Assembly: GCA_016184305.1 (NCBI GenBank) | Contig: JACPCX010000136.1 | Coordinates: 1-27,880 of the forward strand | Direction: 5' to 3' | DNA from: Candidatus Rokuibacteriota bacterium | GTDB taxonomy: Bacteria; Methylomirabilota; Methylomirabilia; Rokubacteriales; CSP1-6 | Length of the DNA: 27,880 nucleotides | Part shown: positions 16,361 to 24,813 of the stretch, piece by piece | How positions within the stretch are numbered: the first letter of the stretch is position 1 | How the letters are laid out: each line of letters opens with the position of its first letter | Program-made: the position numbers and the translations under genes | The notes under the pieces: generated by a model | What the model was told of the DNA's origin: nothing | Seen by the model: the letters and a program-made list of their open reading frames with translations, nothing else | Database searches by the model: none

Positions 16361-17302
16361 TTACTTGCAGTCGAAGAACTCGTTCGTGTAGTACTCGGCT
16401 GGCGCCTTGGTCTGGATATTGCCGTAGGTCTTCTGCAGGCCGAGGAGGGTGTCCCAGTCCGCTGCCGCCATCCAGCCCGCGGTCCTCCCCTTGGTGTTGG
16501 CGGTGTACATGAGCTGCACCGTGTCCTTCCACTGCGAGAGGTTCAGCTCCACGGCACCCGCCTTGGGGAACATCTCCACCAGGATCCTGGCCGCCTCCTC
16601 GGGGTTCCTGGCGGCCTCCATCCACGCCTTGCTGCTGGCCCGGACCATGCGGCAGTTGAGGTCCTTCTCGCCGAGATACCTGGTGTTGATGAGGAGCCCC
16701 TGCGAGAGCGCGTTGACGCCGAAGTCCACGTAGCGGAAGTAGGCCGCCTTCTTCTTGGTGGCTTCCTCGATCTGCCCCGCCTGCGTGGTGTAGTAGCCGC
16801 CCATGGCGTCCACCTGCCCGGCCATCACGGCGGTCATCTTGCCGCGCGGGTCGAAGTACACCTCCTGCACCTTGGACTTGTCCACGCTGTTCACCTTGAG
16901 CAGCGCCTGGAAGGCCTGGTGGATGGAGTCGCCCGCCGTGAACGACACCTTCTTGCCCTCGAGGTCCTTGGGGCCCTTGATGGGCTTGTCGGCGAAGCAG
17001 ACGTTGTCGAGGGCGGAGCGCCAGGCCAGCAGGACCGCGTTCTGGAAGACGATGCCGAGGTCGGTCTGGGGGCGGTCCACGGTGCGGCCGCCCATGGCCA
17101 CGAGCCCTGACGTCGGGCGCATGAGCCCGGCGATCAGCATGGCCAGCGTGCTCTTGCCGCAGCCGGAGGGACCCACGATGGAGAGGAACTCGCCCTGCCG
17201 CACGTCGAACGACACTCCGTCCAGCGCCCGGACCTCGCCCTCGGGTGTCCCGAAGACCCGGACGACATCGGAGACCTCCACGAACTTGTGCCCGTTGAGC
17301 AT
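16361..17302 (-). pseudogene. In-frame chimera: ABC ATPase N-terminus fused to NMT1-type substrate-binding protein C-terminus
   Basis: The first ~100 aa have Walker A GPSGCGKST and Q-loop VFQ..LLAWRSALDNV but no signature or Walker B. From ~17000 the sequence is SBP-like (PKDLEGKK...YYTNEF), paralleling 10885..11892. Confidence 0.85.
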
Positions 17303-17375
17303 CGGGGGACTCGAGGCATTTTACTTCAAACGAGCCTCCCGATGCCGCCCCGCTCGCCGCCTCAGGGGGCGCCGG

Positions 17376-18050
17376 TCAGAGCTGCGCGCGCGGCGGACCC
17401 TCCACCGGCACGATGCCCTTCTCGAACGCGTAGCGGACCAGATCGGCCTGGCGGCGCAGGTTGAGCTTGCGCATGAGGTTCGCCCGGTGGGTCTCGACGG
17501 TGCGGGGACTGATGGAGAGCCGTTCCGCGACGAGGGTGCTGCTGAGACCCTCGGTGGTCAGCTGCAGGACCTCTCGCTCCCGCGTCGTGAGCGTGTCGTA
17601 GGGGTCCGGAGGGGCGGCCTGCGCGCGCTCGACATAGGCCTCGATGGCCCGCTCGGAGAGCGGCGGGCTGAGATAGCGCCCGCCCGCTGCCGCCTCGCGG
17701 ATGGCCCGCACGAGGTCGGCCGCGCCGGCGTCCTTGAGCACGTAGCCGGCGGCGCCGTTCTTGAGCGCCTCCAGCACATAGGCCTCGTTGGCGTACATGG
17801 AGAGGATCACCACGCGCGTGTGCGGGAAGCGACGCCCGACCTCCCGGGTGACCTCGAGCCCGCTGAGCCCCGGCATCATCACGTCGGCGACCAGCACCGC
17901 CGGCTGGAGCCGCTCCACGAGCCTGACCGCCTCGAGCCCGTCGGCGGCCTCCCCGACGACGACGAGATCGGGCTCGGCCTCGAGCAGGACGCGGAGTCCC
18001 TGCCGCACGATGCCGTGATCATCCGCCAGCACGATCGTCGTCCGGGTCAT
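17376..18050 (-). CDS. NarL/LuxR family DNA-binding response regulator
   Basis: LADDH, ADVMMP (phospho-Asp), GYVLK, LTTREREVL...TVETHRANLMRKL HTH. Confidence 0.95.
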   Translation of the reverse strand: MTRTTIVLADDHGIVRQGLRVLLEAEPDLVVVGEAADGLEAVRLVERLQPAVLVADVMMPGLSGLEVTREVGRRFPHTRVVILSMYANEAYVLEALKNGAAGYVLKDAGAADLVRAIREAAAGGRYLSPPLSERAIEAYVERAQAAPPDPYDTLTTREREVLQLTTEGLSSTLVAERLSISPRTVETHRANLMRKLNLRRQADLVRYAFEKGIVPVEGPPRAQL

Positions 18051-21000
18051 GGCGACTCGTGTCCTGCCTTCACCCGGGCTCCGAGGGGCAGCTCCGCCGC
18101 CACGAGGGTGCCGGCCCCGCGGCGGGAATCGACGGCGAGGCGGCCGCCCAGCACGGCGGCCCGCTCGCGCATCCCGCCGAGCCCGCAGGACAGCCCGGAG
18201 GCCGGGGCGCTGTCGGCATCGAAGCCCTTCCCCTGGTCGTGAACCTGCACGTGGAACAGGTCCCCCGTGGTCCACAGCTGCACCGACACGTCGTCCACGC
18301 CGGCGTGCCGGGCCGCGTTGGTCAGGGCTTCCTGGACGATGCGATACACGGCCGTCTCCAGCTCCGCGGGAAAGCGCTGGCCCTCGAGGCCCCCGTGCCT
18401 GAAGGTCACGCGGACGCGCGTGTGGGACGTGTACCGGTCGAAGAGCCACACGAGCGCAGGCACGAGGCCGAGGTCGTCGAGCATCGGGGGCCGCAGATCG
18501 AGGGAGAGATCTCGCAGCCGGCCGATGAGATCGGTGAGCAGGACCTGCGCCCCGCGGAGTCGTGCCCGGGCCGGCTCGCCGGCCACCCGCGCGCTCGCCT
18601 CCAGGTTGAGCTTCAGCCCGATCAGCACCTGGCCGACCTCGTCGTGGAGCTCGCGGGCGATGCGCCGACGCTCCACCTCCTGGGCCTCCACGATTCGGCT
18701 GGTGAGCCGCTGCAGCTCGCCATGGGCGGCGCGGACCTGATCGTGCAGCCGGGCCTGCTGGATGGCCACGGCCAGCGGGTCGGCCACCTCGCGGGCGATC
18801 TCCACGTGCTCGGGGGCGAAGTCGCGGGCCCCGTCGGCGGCCAGGCTCATCGCCCCGACCAGCTCCCCCGAGAACAACATGGGCACGGTGAGGTAGCAGC
18901 GCATCCCCGGGGGCTCGGTGCTGACGACCGCCTCGGTGACATGGGGCCGGCCCTCCCGGAGCGCCTCCATGTGGCGGACCGCCGGGGTCCAGATGCACGG
19001 GCCCTTGCCCCGCCAGGCGCGGCCCCCGTCGTAGGTGGCGAGCACGGTGGGCTCGCTCCGGCCGGGATGGAGGACGGCGACGCTCCCGTGCTGGTACGGG
19101 ATGAGCTTGGCGACCCCGCGCAGCGCGGCCTCGGCGATGGCCTCCGGCGACTGCGTGGCCAGGATGGCCCAGTCCAGCTCGTGGAGCATCTCGAGGCGCT
19201 TCGTGTGCTGGCGCAGGGCTTCCTCGACGTCCTTCCGGGCGGTGATGTCCTCGGCGCTTCCCTCGAAGGCGACGGGGCGGCCCTCCTCGTCGCGCACGGT
19301 CCGGGCGTTGATCCGGAACCAGCCGATGGAGCCGTCGAAGCGGCGCTGCCGCACGTCGAAGTCGCGGAGCTGGCCCTCCCGGAGGGCGACCTCGTGCCCC
19401 CGCGGGCGGTCCTGCGGATCCACGAAGAAATCCTTGATGGGGATGCGCCGTCCAGTCTCGAGATCGGGCAGCCTCAACGCGTGCAGACCGGCGGCATTGA
19501 GATCCAGGATGCGGCCGTCAGGGGTGGTGCGGAAGAGCCCGATGGGGGTGTGGTCGAAGAGACCTCGGTAGCGCGCCTCGGACGCCTGCGCCTCGGCCAG
19601 CGCCGCCTGCTCCCGCCGGTAGAACTGGGCGTTCCGGATGGTGATGGCGGCCTGGTCGGCCAGGAGCCCGATCAGCTCCCTGTCCTCGGCGGTGAAGTGG
19701 CGGGGCTCGCCGAACAGGATGGCGAGCACCCCGACCACGCGGTCTCCGTCGGTGAGCGGGAGGCCCGCATAGGCGTGCAGCCCGAGCTCGCGGGTGAAGC
19801 GCGGGTTCAGCCAGCGCGGGTCGTCCTGGCAGTCCACGATGTACTCGGGCGTCCGGGTTTCGAGGATCTGGCCGGCGATGCCGCCCCCGAAGGGGATCAG
19901 GGAGATCTCCATCAGCCGCTGCTCCACCTCGGATTCGACGCCGCAGCTCTCCGCGGGCCTGAGGACGCGCGCCTCGGGATCGGCGATCCAGACCCGCGCC
20001 ATTCGCGCCCCCAGCAGAGTGACGGCGGCTCCTGCCACGGCCCGGAACACCTCCGGGCCCTCGCGAGCCGACGTGATGAGGGTCGTGAGCTGGCTGAGCG
20101 TTTGGAGCCTCCGCGCGCGCTCCGTCGCCTGGGAGTAGAGGCGCGCGTTCCGGATGGCCGCCCCCGCGTGATCGGCCAGCCGCGACAGGATGGACTCGTC
20201 GCGGTCGCTGAACGGGCGTGGGGTCAGGCCGTACACATAGAGGAGGCCCTCGATCGTCTCGTCGATGGTGATGGGGACCACGAGCATTGCCACGGTGCCG
20301 GCGGTCCGCACCGCCTCGGCGAAGTCCTGGTCGATCCGGGAATCGCTCAGGTAGTCGGCGGTCCTGAAGGGGCGGCCGGTGAGCAGGACTTGCCCTCCGG
20401 CGCCCTTGCCCGGAACGATCCGGGTTGCGCCGTGGCCTCTGGGCCGAGGCTCGGTCCAGCGCCGGTACACCATTTCCCCCGAGGCCGGGTCGCGGAGCGA
20501 GATGGAGGCGGCATCGGTCCGGCAGAGCTCCCTGGCGCCCTCGACCACCCGCTGGAGGATGCTGTCGAGCGCGAGCGAGGCGTTGATGGAGCGGGCGATC
20601 TCGGCCAGCACCTCCGCCTCCCGCCGCCGCCCACTGGCCTCCTCGTGGACGCGCGCGTTCTCCAGCGCCAGCGCGGCCTGGTCGGCGAAGGCCTCGAGGA
20701 TCATCACCTCGGCCGGCGCGAAGTCCCTGGCGACCGCGTCTCCGACCATGAGGGCCCCGACGACTTTCCCCTTGACCCTCAGCGGGACCGCCAGGCTCGC
20801 GCGGATCCCGGCCTGCGCCAGCCGCCGCCGCAGGTCCTCATCGAGCGTGATGTCCGGATCGTCCAGGACGTCGCGGGCCCAGACAGGCCGGCCCTCGGCC
20901 ACGGCACGCCCGGCCACCCCCACGCCTGCCTGCTGCACCTGCCCCGGCTCGAAGAACCGCGCGGCAGGTCCCGCCCCGGCCAGGGCCACGAGGGAGCCAT

Positions 21001-22603
21001 CGCGGGCCAGGCCCCTGAGGATTACGTAGCGGGTGTCGACGAGCGACGGCACGGCGCCCACGATGCGCTCGGCGATCTCCGTGACGTCGAGGCTCTCGGA
21101 CAGGCTGCGGGCCATCTGCGCCAGAGCCTCGGCCTCGCGCCGGCGCCGCGTCGCTGTGTCGAAGAGGTCCGCGTTCCTCAGCGCCAGGGCGGCCCCATCG
21201 GCAAAGGCCGAGAGCAGCCGGTGGTCCCGCCCCGTGAACACCCGGCCGGCCGGGTCGGCGACGACCAGGGTCCCCATGGTCTCTTCCCCCGAGACCACGG
21301 GGGCCGCCATGACCGAGCGGCAGTCTTCGTGCTCGATGATGGGGCGCGCCAAATCGTCGAAGGAGATCCAAGGATCGGCCAGCACGTCCGGGGACCAGAG
21401 GACGCGGCGCTCGGCCAGGGCCCTTCCGGAGACGCTCGTGCCCAGCGGGACCCTGCGCCCGACCCATGAGTCGGCCGCGCGGTCGCTTGCCTCCGCGATG
21501 CACACCAGGGTTCCTGAGGCCGCATCCAGGCGGTAGAGGAGGGCGCGCCGCACGTGGAGGAGGTCGAGCAGGGTGGAGACCACCCGGCTTGCCGCCTCGG
21601 CCAGGTTCAGGGTATCGGCCAGCTGACGCCCCACCACGGCCAGGGCTTCGGTCTCGGCCTCCGCCCGGCGGCGCTCGCTGATGTCGCGCACGCAGTAGAC
21701 GAGGTGTGGCCCGGTCTCCAGGTCGAGGAACGCGCACGAGATGTCGATGGGGACAGGCCGCCCGTCCTTCGCGCGGAGATCCGATTCCAGGCGCAGGAGC
21801 CGCTGCTCCCGGGCCGTGCGCCAGATCGTCGGCCACGCCATGGCCGAGCACTCGTCATGGAGCCGGCCCATGGGCATGCCGCGCAGCTCCTCGCGCGAGT
21901 AGCCGCAGAGGTGCGTGGCGGCGGCATTGACATCGGCGATGCGCCCCGTCGAGTCCACCCAGAACATCGCCTCCCGGGAGTGCTCGATGGAGGCCTCGGT
22001 GCGGATGAGGCGCCTGCGCTCCCCCTGGAGATACGAGAGCAGGAGCCCCAGGAGGACGGTACTCAGCGGATAGAAGATGGCCAGGGGGATCGCGAATCGC
22101 TCGAGGAGGCGCCAGGCGAGCGCCCGGTCTGGAATGGCGAAGGTCCACAGGAGGCCCGAGGCCGTGAGCGCCCAGCCGAGAAGCAGGAACCGGCCAACCC
22201 CGAACTCGGCGACGCGATCGCCCCAGCGCCGGTGGACCAGGGCCCCGATGACCGCAGACGTGACGATAGCCCCCACCCCGGGAACGGTGCCGATTCCCCC
22301 CAGCGCCAGGCGGAATCCGCCTGCGATGGTGCCGGCCACGGCCGCCGAGCCCGGGCCGTTGAAAACCCCGGCCATGGCGATGACGACCACGCGCTGGCCA
22401 ATGGTCACCCCTGGCATCACCTCGATGCCTATGGCCATGCCGGCCACCGCGATGCCACCGAACACGGCGCCGCTGAGGAGGGTGTAGACGGCGGGGCGGG
22501 CGCGCCTGAGCGAGGACCAGAGGAGCCCGTAGATGCAGGCCAGGGAGAGGAGGAGCGCGAGGTTCTCGGTGAGCCCTTTGATGAGTTCCGGGAGGGGGAT
22601 CAT
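18047..22603 (-). CDS. Multi-sensor histidine kinase (LytS/YhcK-type 5TM - PAS - GAF x4 - PAS - GAF - HisKA_3 - HATPase)
   Basis: N-terminal TM bundle (GPGSAAVAG..AGGFRL..GG), PAS ending VRDISERRR, repeated GAF ends (FAD.AALA..NA.L), PAS ending EDITARK, RELHDEVGQ H-box, QEALTNAARHA, DQGKGF, GLGGMRER. Confidence 0.93.
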   Translation of the reverse strand: MIPLPELIKGLTENLALLLSLACIYGLLWSSLRRARPAVYTLLSGAVFGGIAVAGMAIGIEVMPGVTIGQRVVVIAMAGVFNGPGSAAVAGTIAGGFRLALGGIGTVPGVGAIVTSAVIGALVHRRWGDRVAEFGVGRFLLLGWALTASGLLWTFAIPDRALAWRLLERFAIPLAIFYPLSTVLLGLLLSYLQGERRRLIRTEASIEHSREAMFWVDSTGRIADVNAAATHLCGYSREELRGMPMGRLHDECSAMAWPTIWRTAREQRLLRLESDLRAKDGRPVPIDISCAFLDLETGPHLVYCVRDISERRRAEAETEALAVVGRQLADTLNLAEAASRVVSTLLDLLHVRRALLYRLDAASGTLVCIAEASDRAADSWVGRRVPLGTSVSGRALAERRVLWSPDVLADPWISFDDLARPIIEHEDCRSVMAAPVVSGEETMGTLVVADPAGRVFTGRDHRLLSAFADGAALALRNADLFDTATRRRREAEALAQMARSLSESLDVTEIAERIVGAVPSLVDTRYVILRGLARDGSLVALAGAGPAARFFEPGQVQQAGVGVAGRAVAEGRPVWARDVLDDPDITLDEDLRRRLAQAGIRASLAVPLRVKGKVVGALMVGDAVARDFAPAEVMILEAFADQAALALENARVHEEASGRRREAEVLAEIARSINASLALDSILQRVVEGARELCRTDAASISLRDPASGEMVYRRWTEPRPRGHGATRIVPGKGAGGQVLLTGRPFRTADYLSDSRIDQDFAEAVRTAGTVAMLVVPITIDETIEGLLYVYGLTPRPFSDRDESILSRLADHAGAAIRNARLYSQATERARRLQTLSQLTTLITSAREGPEVFRAVAGAAVTLLGARMARVWIADPEARVLRPAESCGVESEVEQRLMEISLIPFGGGIAGQILETRTPEYIVDCQDDPRWLNPRFTRELGLHAYAGLPLTDGDRVVGVLAILFGEPRHFTAEDRELIGLLADQAAITIRNAQFYRREQAALAEAQASEARYRGLFDHTPIGLFRTTPDGRILDLNAAGLHALRLPDLETGRRIPIKDFFVDPQDRPRGHEVALREGQLRDFDVRQRRFDGSIGWFRINARTVRDEEGRPVAFEGSAEDITARKDVEEALRQHTKRLEMLHELDWAILATQSPEAIAEAALRGVAKLIPYQHGSVAVLHPGRSEPTVLATYDGGRAWRGKGPCIWTPAVRHMEALREGRPHVTEAVVSTEPPGMRCYLTVPMLFSGELVGAMSLAADGARDFAPEHVEIAREVADPLAVAIQQARLHDQVRAAHGELQRLTSRIVEAQEVERRRIARELHDEVGQVLIGLKLNLEASARVAGEPARARLRGAQVLLTDLIGRLRDLSLDLRPPMLDDLGLVPALVWLFDRYTSHTRVRVTFRHGGLEGQRFPAELETAVYRIVQEALTNAARHAGVDDVSVQLWTTGDLFHVQVHDQGKGFDADSAPASGLSCGLGGMRERAAVLGGRLAVDSRRGAGTLVAAELPLGARVKAGHESP

Positions 22604-22627
22604 GGCTGCCGCCTCGGGCCCTGGGCC

Positions 22628-22966
22628 TCAGCCCCGGCCGAGCTCCGCTCGCGCCAAGGCGGCGCCGGCGGTCATGGCCCGGCGCTTGGCGTAGGCCACG
22701 GCACGGCGGGTGAACTTGAGCCCGCAGTCTGGGTGGAAGAAGCAGATCATGGTCTCGCGGCGCAAACCGTCGTCGGTGATCACGTCCACGCCGGCCATCT
22801 CCTGGTCCTTCAGCCAGGCCTTGACGGCGTTGTCGTGAGCCTCGTCCAGCTCGGCGTCGCCGAGGGCGCCTGACTTGTGGTCCTCGCGGGGTTGCTCGAG
22901 CCAGCGGGGCAGGGAGTAGGAGCCGATGACCGCGGTCGGCAGGAGCGCCGGGATCGGGTCCGGCAC
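22628..22966 (-). pseudogene. Internally deleted cobalamin-independent methionine synthase (MetE C-terminal-domain family) relic
   Basis: N-terminal PTAVIGSYSLPRWL...DQEMAGVDVITDDGLRR is joined directly to the C-terminal HPDCGLK...AYAK..AM; the central barrel with the HxC Zn ligands is missing; 112 aa. Confidence 0.85.
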
Positions 22967-23889
22967 TACAGCTCCCCGGCCTCCTCCAGCGCCCGCTTGA
23001 GCCGCTGGCGGTCTTCTGGACCCACGGGGAGGAGCGGCGGCCGCATGTGGCCGTGGGCGAGAATCCCCTGCATCACCAGCACTTCCTTGGACCGGGCGCG
23101 GTAGTCGCGGACCGGCGCGGCGAAGACGGCGTCCACGAGCTTCTGGATGCGGTCCCCCTTGGCGCGGGCCGTCGCCCAGTCGCCGCGCATGGCGGCCTCG
23201 TACACCTCCACATGGGTCCGCGTGGTGACGGCGCAGGCGCCCAGCAGCGCGCCCTCGGCGCCCAGGAGGTAGGACTCCCAGATGAAGTTATCGTTGCCCG
23301 TGAGGATGGTGATGCGGCGCGGGGCGCTCCGCACCACGTTGACGATCTCCCTGAAGCGCTTGGCGTCGAAGAGCGCCTCCTTGATGGCGGCCACCTGGGG
23401 GATCTCCACGAGCCGGGCGAGTGTCGCGTCGTCGAAGTTGGTCCCGCCCAGCGCCGGCTGCAGCGTGAAGAGGATCATGGGCAGGCCGACCTCGTCGGCG
23501 ATGGCCTTGTGGTAGCGGTACGGCAACTCGGGCGACAGCGGCTGGCCGAGATAGGCGGTGATGGGGAAGACCAGGAGGCAGTCGGCGCCGGCCTCGCGGT
23601 ACTCCTTGCCGTACTTGACGGCCTGCGCCGTGAAGGAGGCGCCGAGCCCGGCGACGATGGGGATGCCGCTCCCCGCCAGCTCCTCCTTGTAGATGCGCAG
23701 CACGGAGAGCCTCTCGTCGTGCCAGAGGTGCGGGCCCTCGCCCGTGTCCACGTTGACGGCGACGGCCTTGATGCCCTGCTTGGCGATCCAGCGGATGTAC
23801 TTGCGGAGGCCCGGCTCGTCGATCTGCGCGTCCTGCGTCATGGGCAGGACGGTGGCGGGGATGATGCCCTTGAGGTCAATGGTTGGCAT
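22966..23889 (-). CDS. Dihydrodipicolinate synthase-like (class I aldolase) family protein
   Basis: LKGIIPATVLPM, VDTGE, Schiff-base Lys in AIKEA, ILTGND, RPPLLP; ATG 23889 with GGAG RBS. Confidence 0.88.
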   Translation of the reverse strand: MPTIDLKGIIPATVLPMTQDAQIDEPGLRKYIRWIAKQGIKAVAVNVDTGEGPHLWHDERLSVLRIYKEELAGSGIPIVAGLGASFTAQAVKYGKEYREAGADCLLVFPITAYLGQPLSPELPYRYHKAIADEVGLPMILFTLQPALGGTNFDDATLARLVEIPQVAAIKEALFDAKRFREIVNVVRSAPRRITILTGNDNFIWESYLLGAEGALLGACAVTTRTHVEVYEAAMRGDWATARAKGDRIQKLVDAVFAAPVRDYRARSKEVLVMQGILAHGHMRPPLLPVGPEDRQRLKRALEEAGEL

Positions 23890-23912
23890 GGGTTGTTCTC
23901 CTGCCTTGTGGC

Positions 23913-24098
23913 TTACGTGTCGCTGGCGAGCTTGCCGCCGACGCCCCAGTTGGCCTTCTCGACGTCCTGGAAGACGATGTGGACCTGCTCGGGCGTGGTC
24001 TTGCCGATCCTGACCACCGCCTCGGTGATGGCCGCGGTGAGCTCGCGCTTCTGCTGAGGGGTGCGGCCCGCGTACCACTGAATCGTGATGTTCGGCAT
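23913..24098 (-). CDS. 4-oxalocrotonate tautomerase family protein
   Basis: M-P start (catalytic Pro1), GRTPQQKR, WGVGG; 61 aa; RBS GAGGAG. Confidence 0.92.
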   Translation of the reverse strand: MPNITIQWYAGRTPQQKRELTAAITEAVVRIGKTTPEQVHIVFQDVEKANWGVGGKLASDT

Positions 24099-24111
24099 GG
24101 GGTCTCTCCTC

Positions 24112-24244
24112 ACCTGAGGCGGGCACCCGGGCCGTTGGCCCGCCCGCCCCCGCCGGAATGCCGCGCTGTCCGACTTCCCTTGCGCGATCTGAGTTGTCGT
24201 CTACCTGAGGCGGGCACCCGGGCCGTTGGCCCGCCCGCCCCCGC
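24112..24244. repeat. Two perfect 42-bp palindromic direct repeats (REP-like) separated by 49 bp
   Basis: ACCTGAGGCGGGCACCCGGGCCGTTGGCCCGCCCGCCCCCGC at 24112-24153 and 24203-24244; internal stem GGCGGGC..GGGCC-GTT-GGCCC-GCCCGCC. Confidence 0.92.
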
Positions 24245-24293
24245 TAGGATCTCTCGCTGGGTCGCTCATCCGCGTTCCGTCAGCCGATGCTGC

Positions 24294-24626
24294 TCACTTG
24301 AGCCGTTTCATGTCCTCGGGGAAGTTCGACGTGAACGAGTAGGACTTCACGGTGCCGTTGGCGGCGAAGCGCACTGACAGGTCCTTGGTGATCTCCCCGC
24401 CCGCTTCCCGCTGGCCGAAGAACCAGCGCCACGTCTGGTCGCCGCTGTCGAGACCCACCTGGTAGGGCTCGCCGAACATGCGCCGGAGCGCCGCCTTGTC
24501 GGTTGTGCCGACGACGAGCATGAGGGGCTCCGGCGAGGGGAACTCCTGACCGACCCTGAACAGCGAGGCGCAACCCGCCGCCAGGACCACCGCGAGCAGG
24601 GGAACGAGCAGGAACGGGCGCCACAT
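24294..24626 (-). CDS. Outer-membrane lipoprotein, BamE/SmpA-like domain
   Basis: Lipobox LAAGC; GTTDKAALRRMFGEP..W.W...L.V.F..NGTVKSY pattern of SmpA/OmlA-like folds. Confidence 0.75.
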   Translation of the reverse strand: MWRPFLLVPLLAVVLAAGCASLFRVGQEFPSPEPLMLVVGTTDKAALRRMFGEPYQVGLDSGDQTWRWFFGQREAGGEITKDLSVRFAANGTVKSYSFTSNFPEDMKRLK

Positions 24627-24633
24627 GGCACCG

Positions 24634-24663
24634 ATTATCCCACGCCGCCGACGGAGCGGTCAA
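24634..24663 (-). promoter_or_regulatory. Sigma70-type promoter, leaderless transcript of the lipoprotein gene
   Basis: TTGACC (24663-24658) - N18 - GATAAT (24639-24634) with extended TG; ATG 7 nt downstream; no SD. Confidence 0.6.
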
Positions 24664-24671
24664 CGCGACCT

Positions 24672-24798
24672 GGTACTGGGTCAAGTTGCGAGCCAGACGA
24701 GGCACGAAGGAGCCAGCGACGCGAGGCGTACTCTCTGTACGTTGAGCGTCGCTGGCGACCGAGTAACGAAGTATGGCGACGCAAATTGACCCAGTACC
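24672..24798. mobile_element. MITE-like non-coding element with 19-bp terminal inverted repeats and nested hairpin
   Basis: GGTACTGGGTCAAGTTGCG (24672-24690) / CGCAAATTGACCCAGTACC (24780-24798), 18/19 match; inner IR GCCAGCGACGC (24712-24722) / GCGTCGCTGGC (24746-24756); apical CGTAC-TCTCT-GTACG. Confidence 0.7.
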
Positions 24799-24813
24799 CG
24801 CGACGTGGAAGAC

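Noticed and set aside
18059..21469. 1136-aa plus-strand ORF and other long antisense or alternate-frame ORFs (e.g. 203..1396, 13919..15463, 16803..18242, 25181..26683)
   Set aside because: Shadows of real genes in high-GC DNA; no recognisable motifs and composition typical of antisense frames.
24112..24244. CRISPR array
   Set aside because: Only two repeats, extremely GC-rich, no AT-rich leader, no typical CRISPR repeat end such as GAAAC, and no cas genes; kept as a REP-like repeat.
24112..24293. Tandem glycine riboswitch (repeat ends in CTCAGG on the minus strand)
   Set aside because: Lacks the conserved GGAGA and CCGAAG elements of the glycine aptamer, and natural tandem aptamers are not identical copies.
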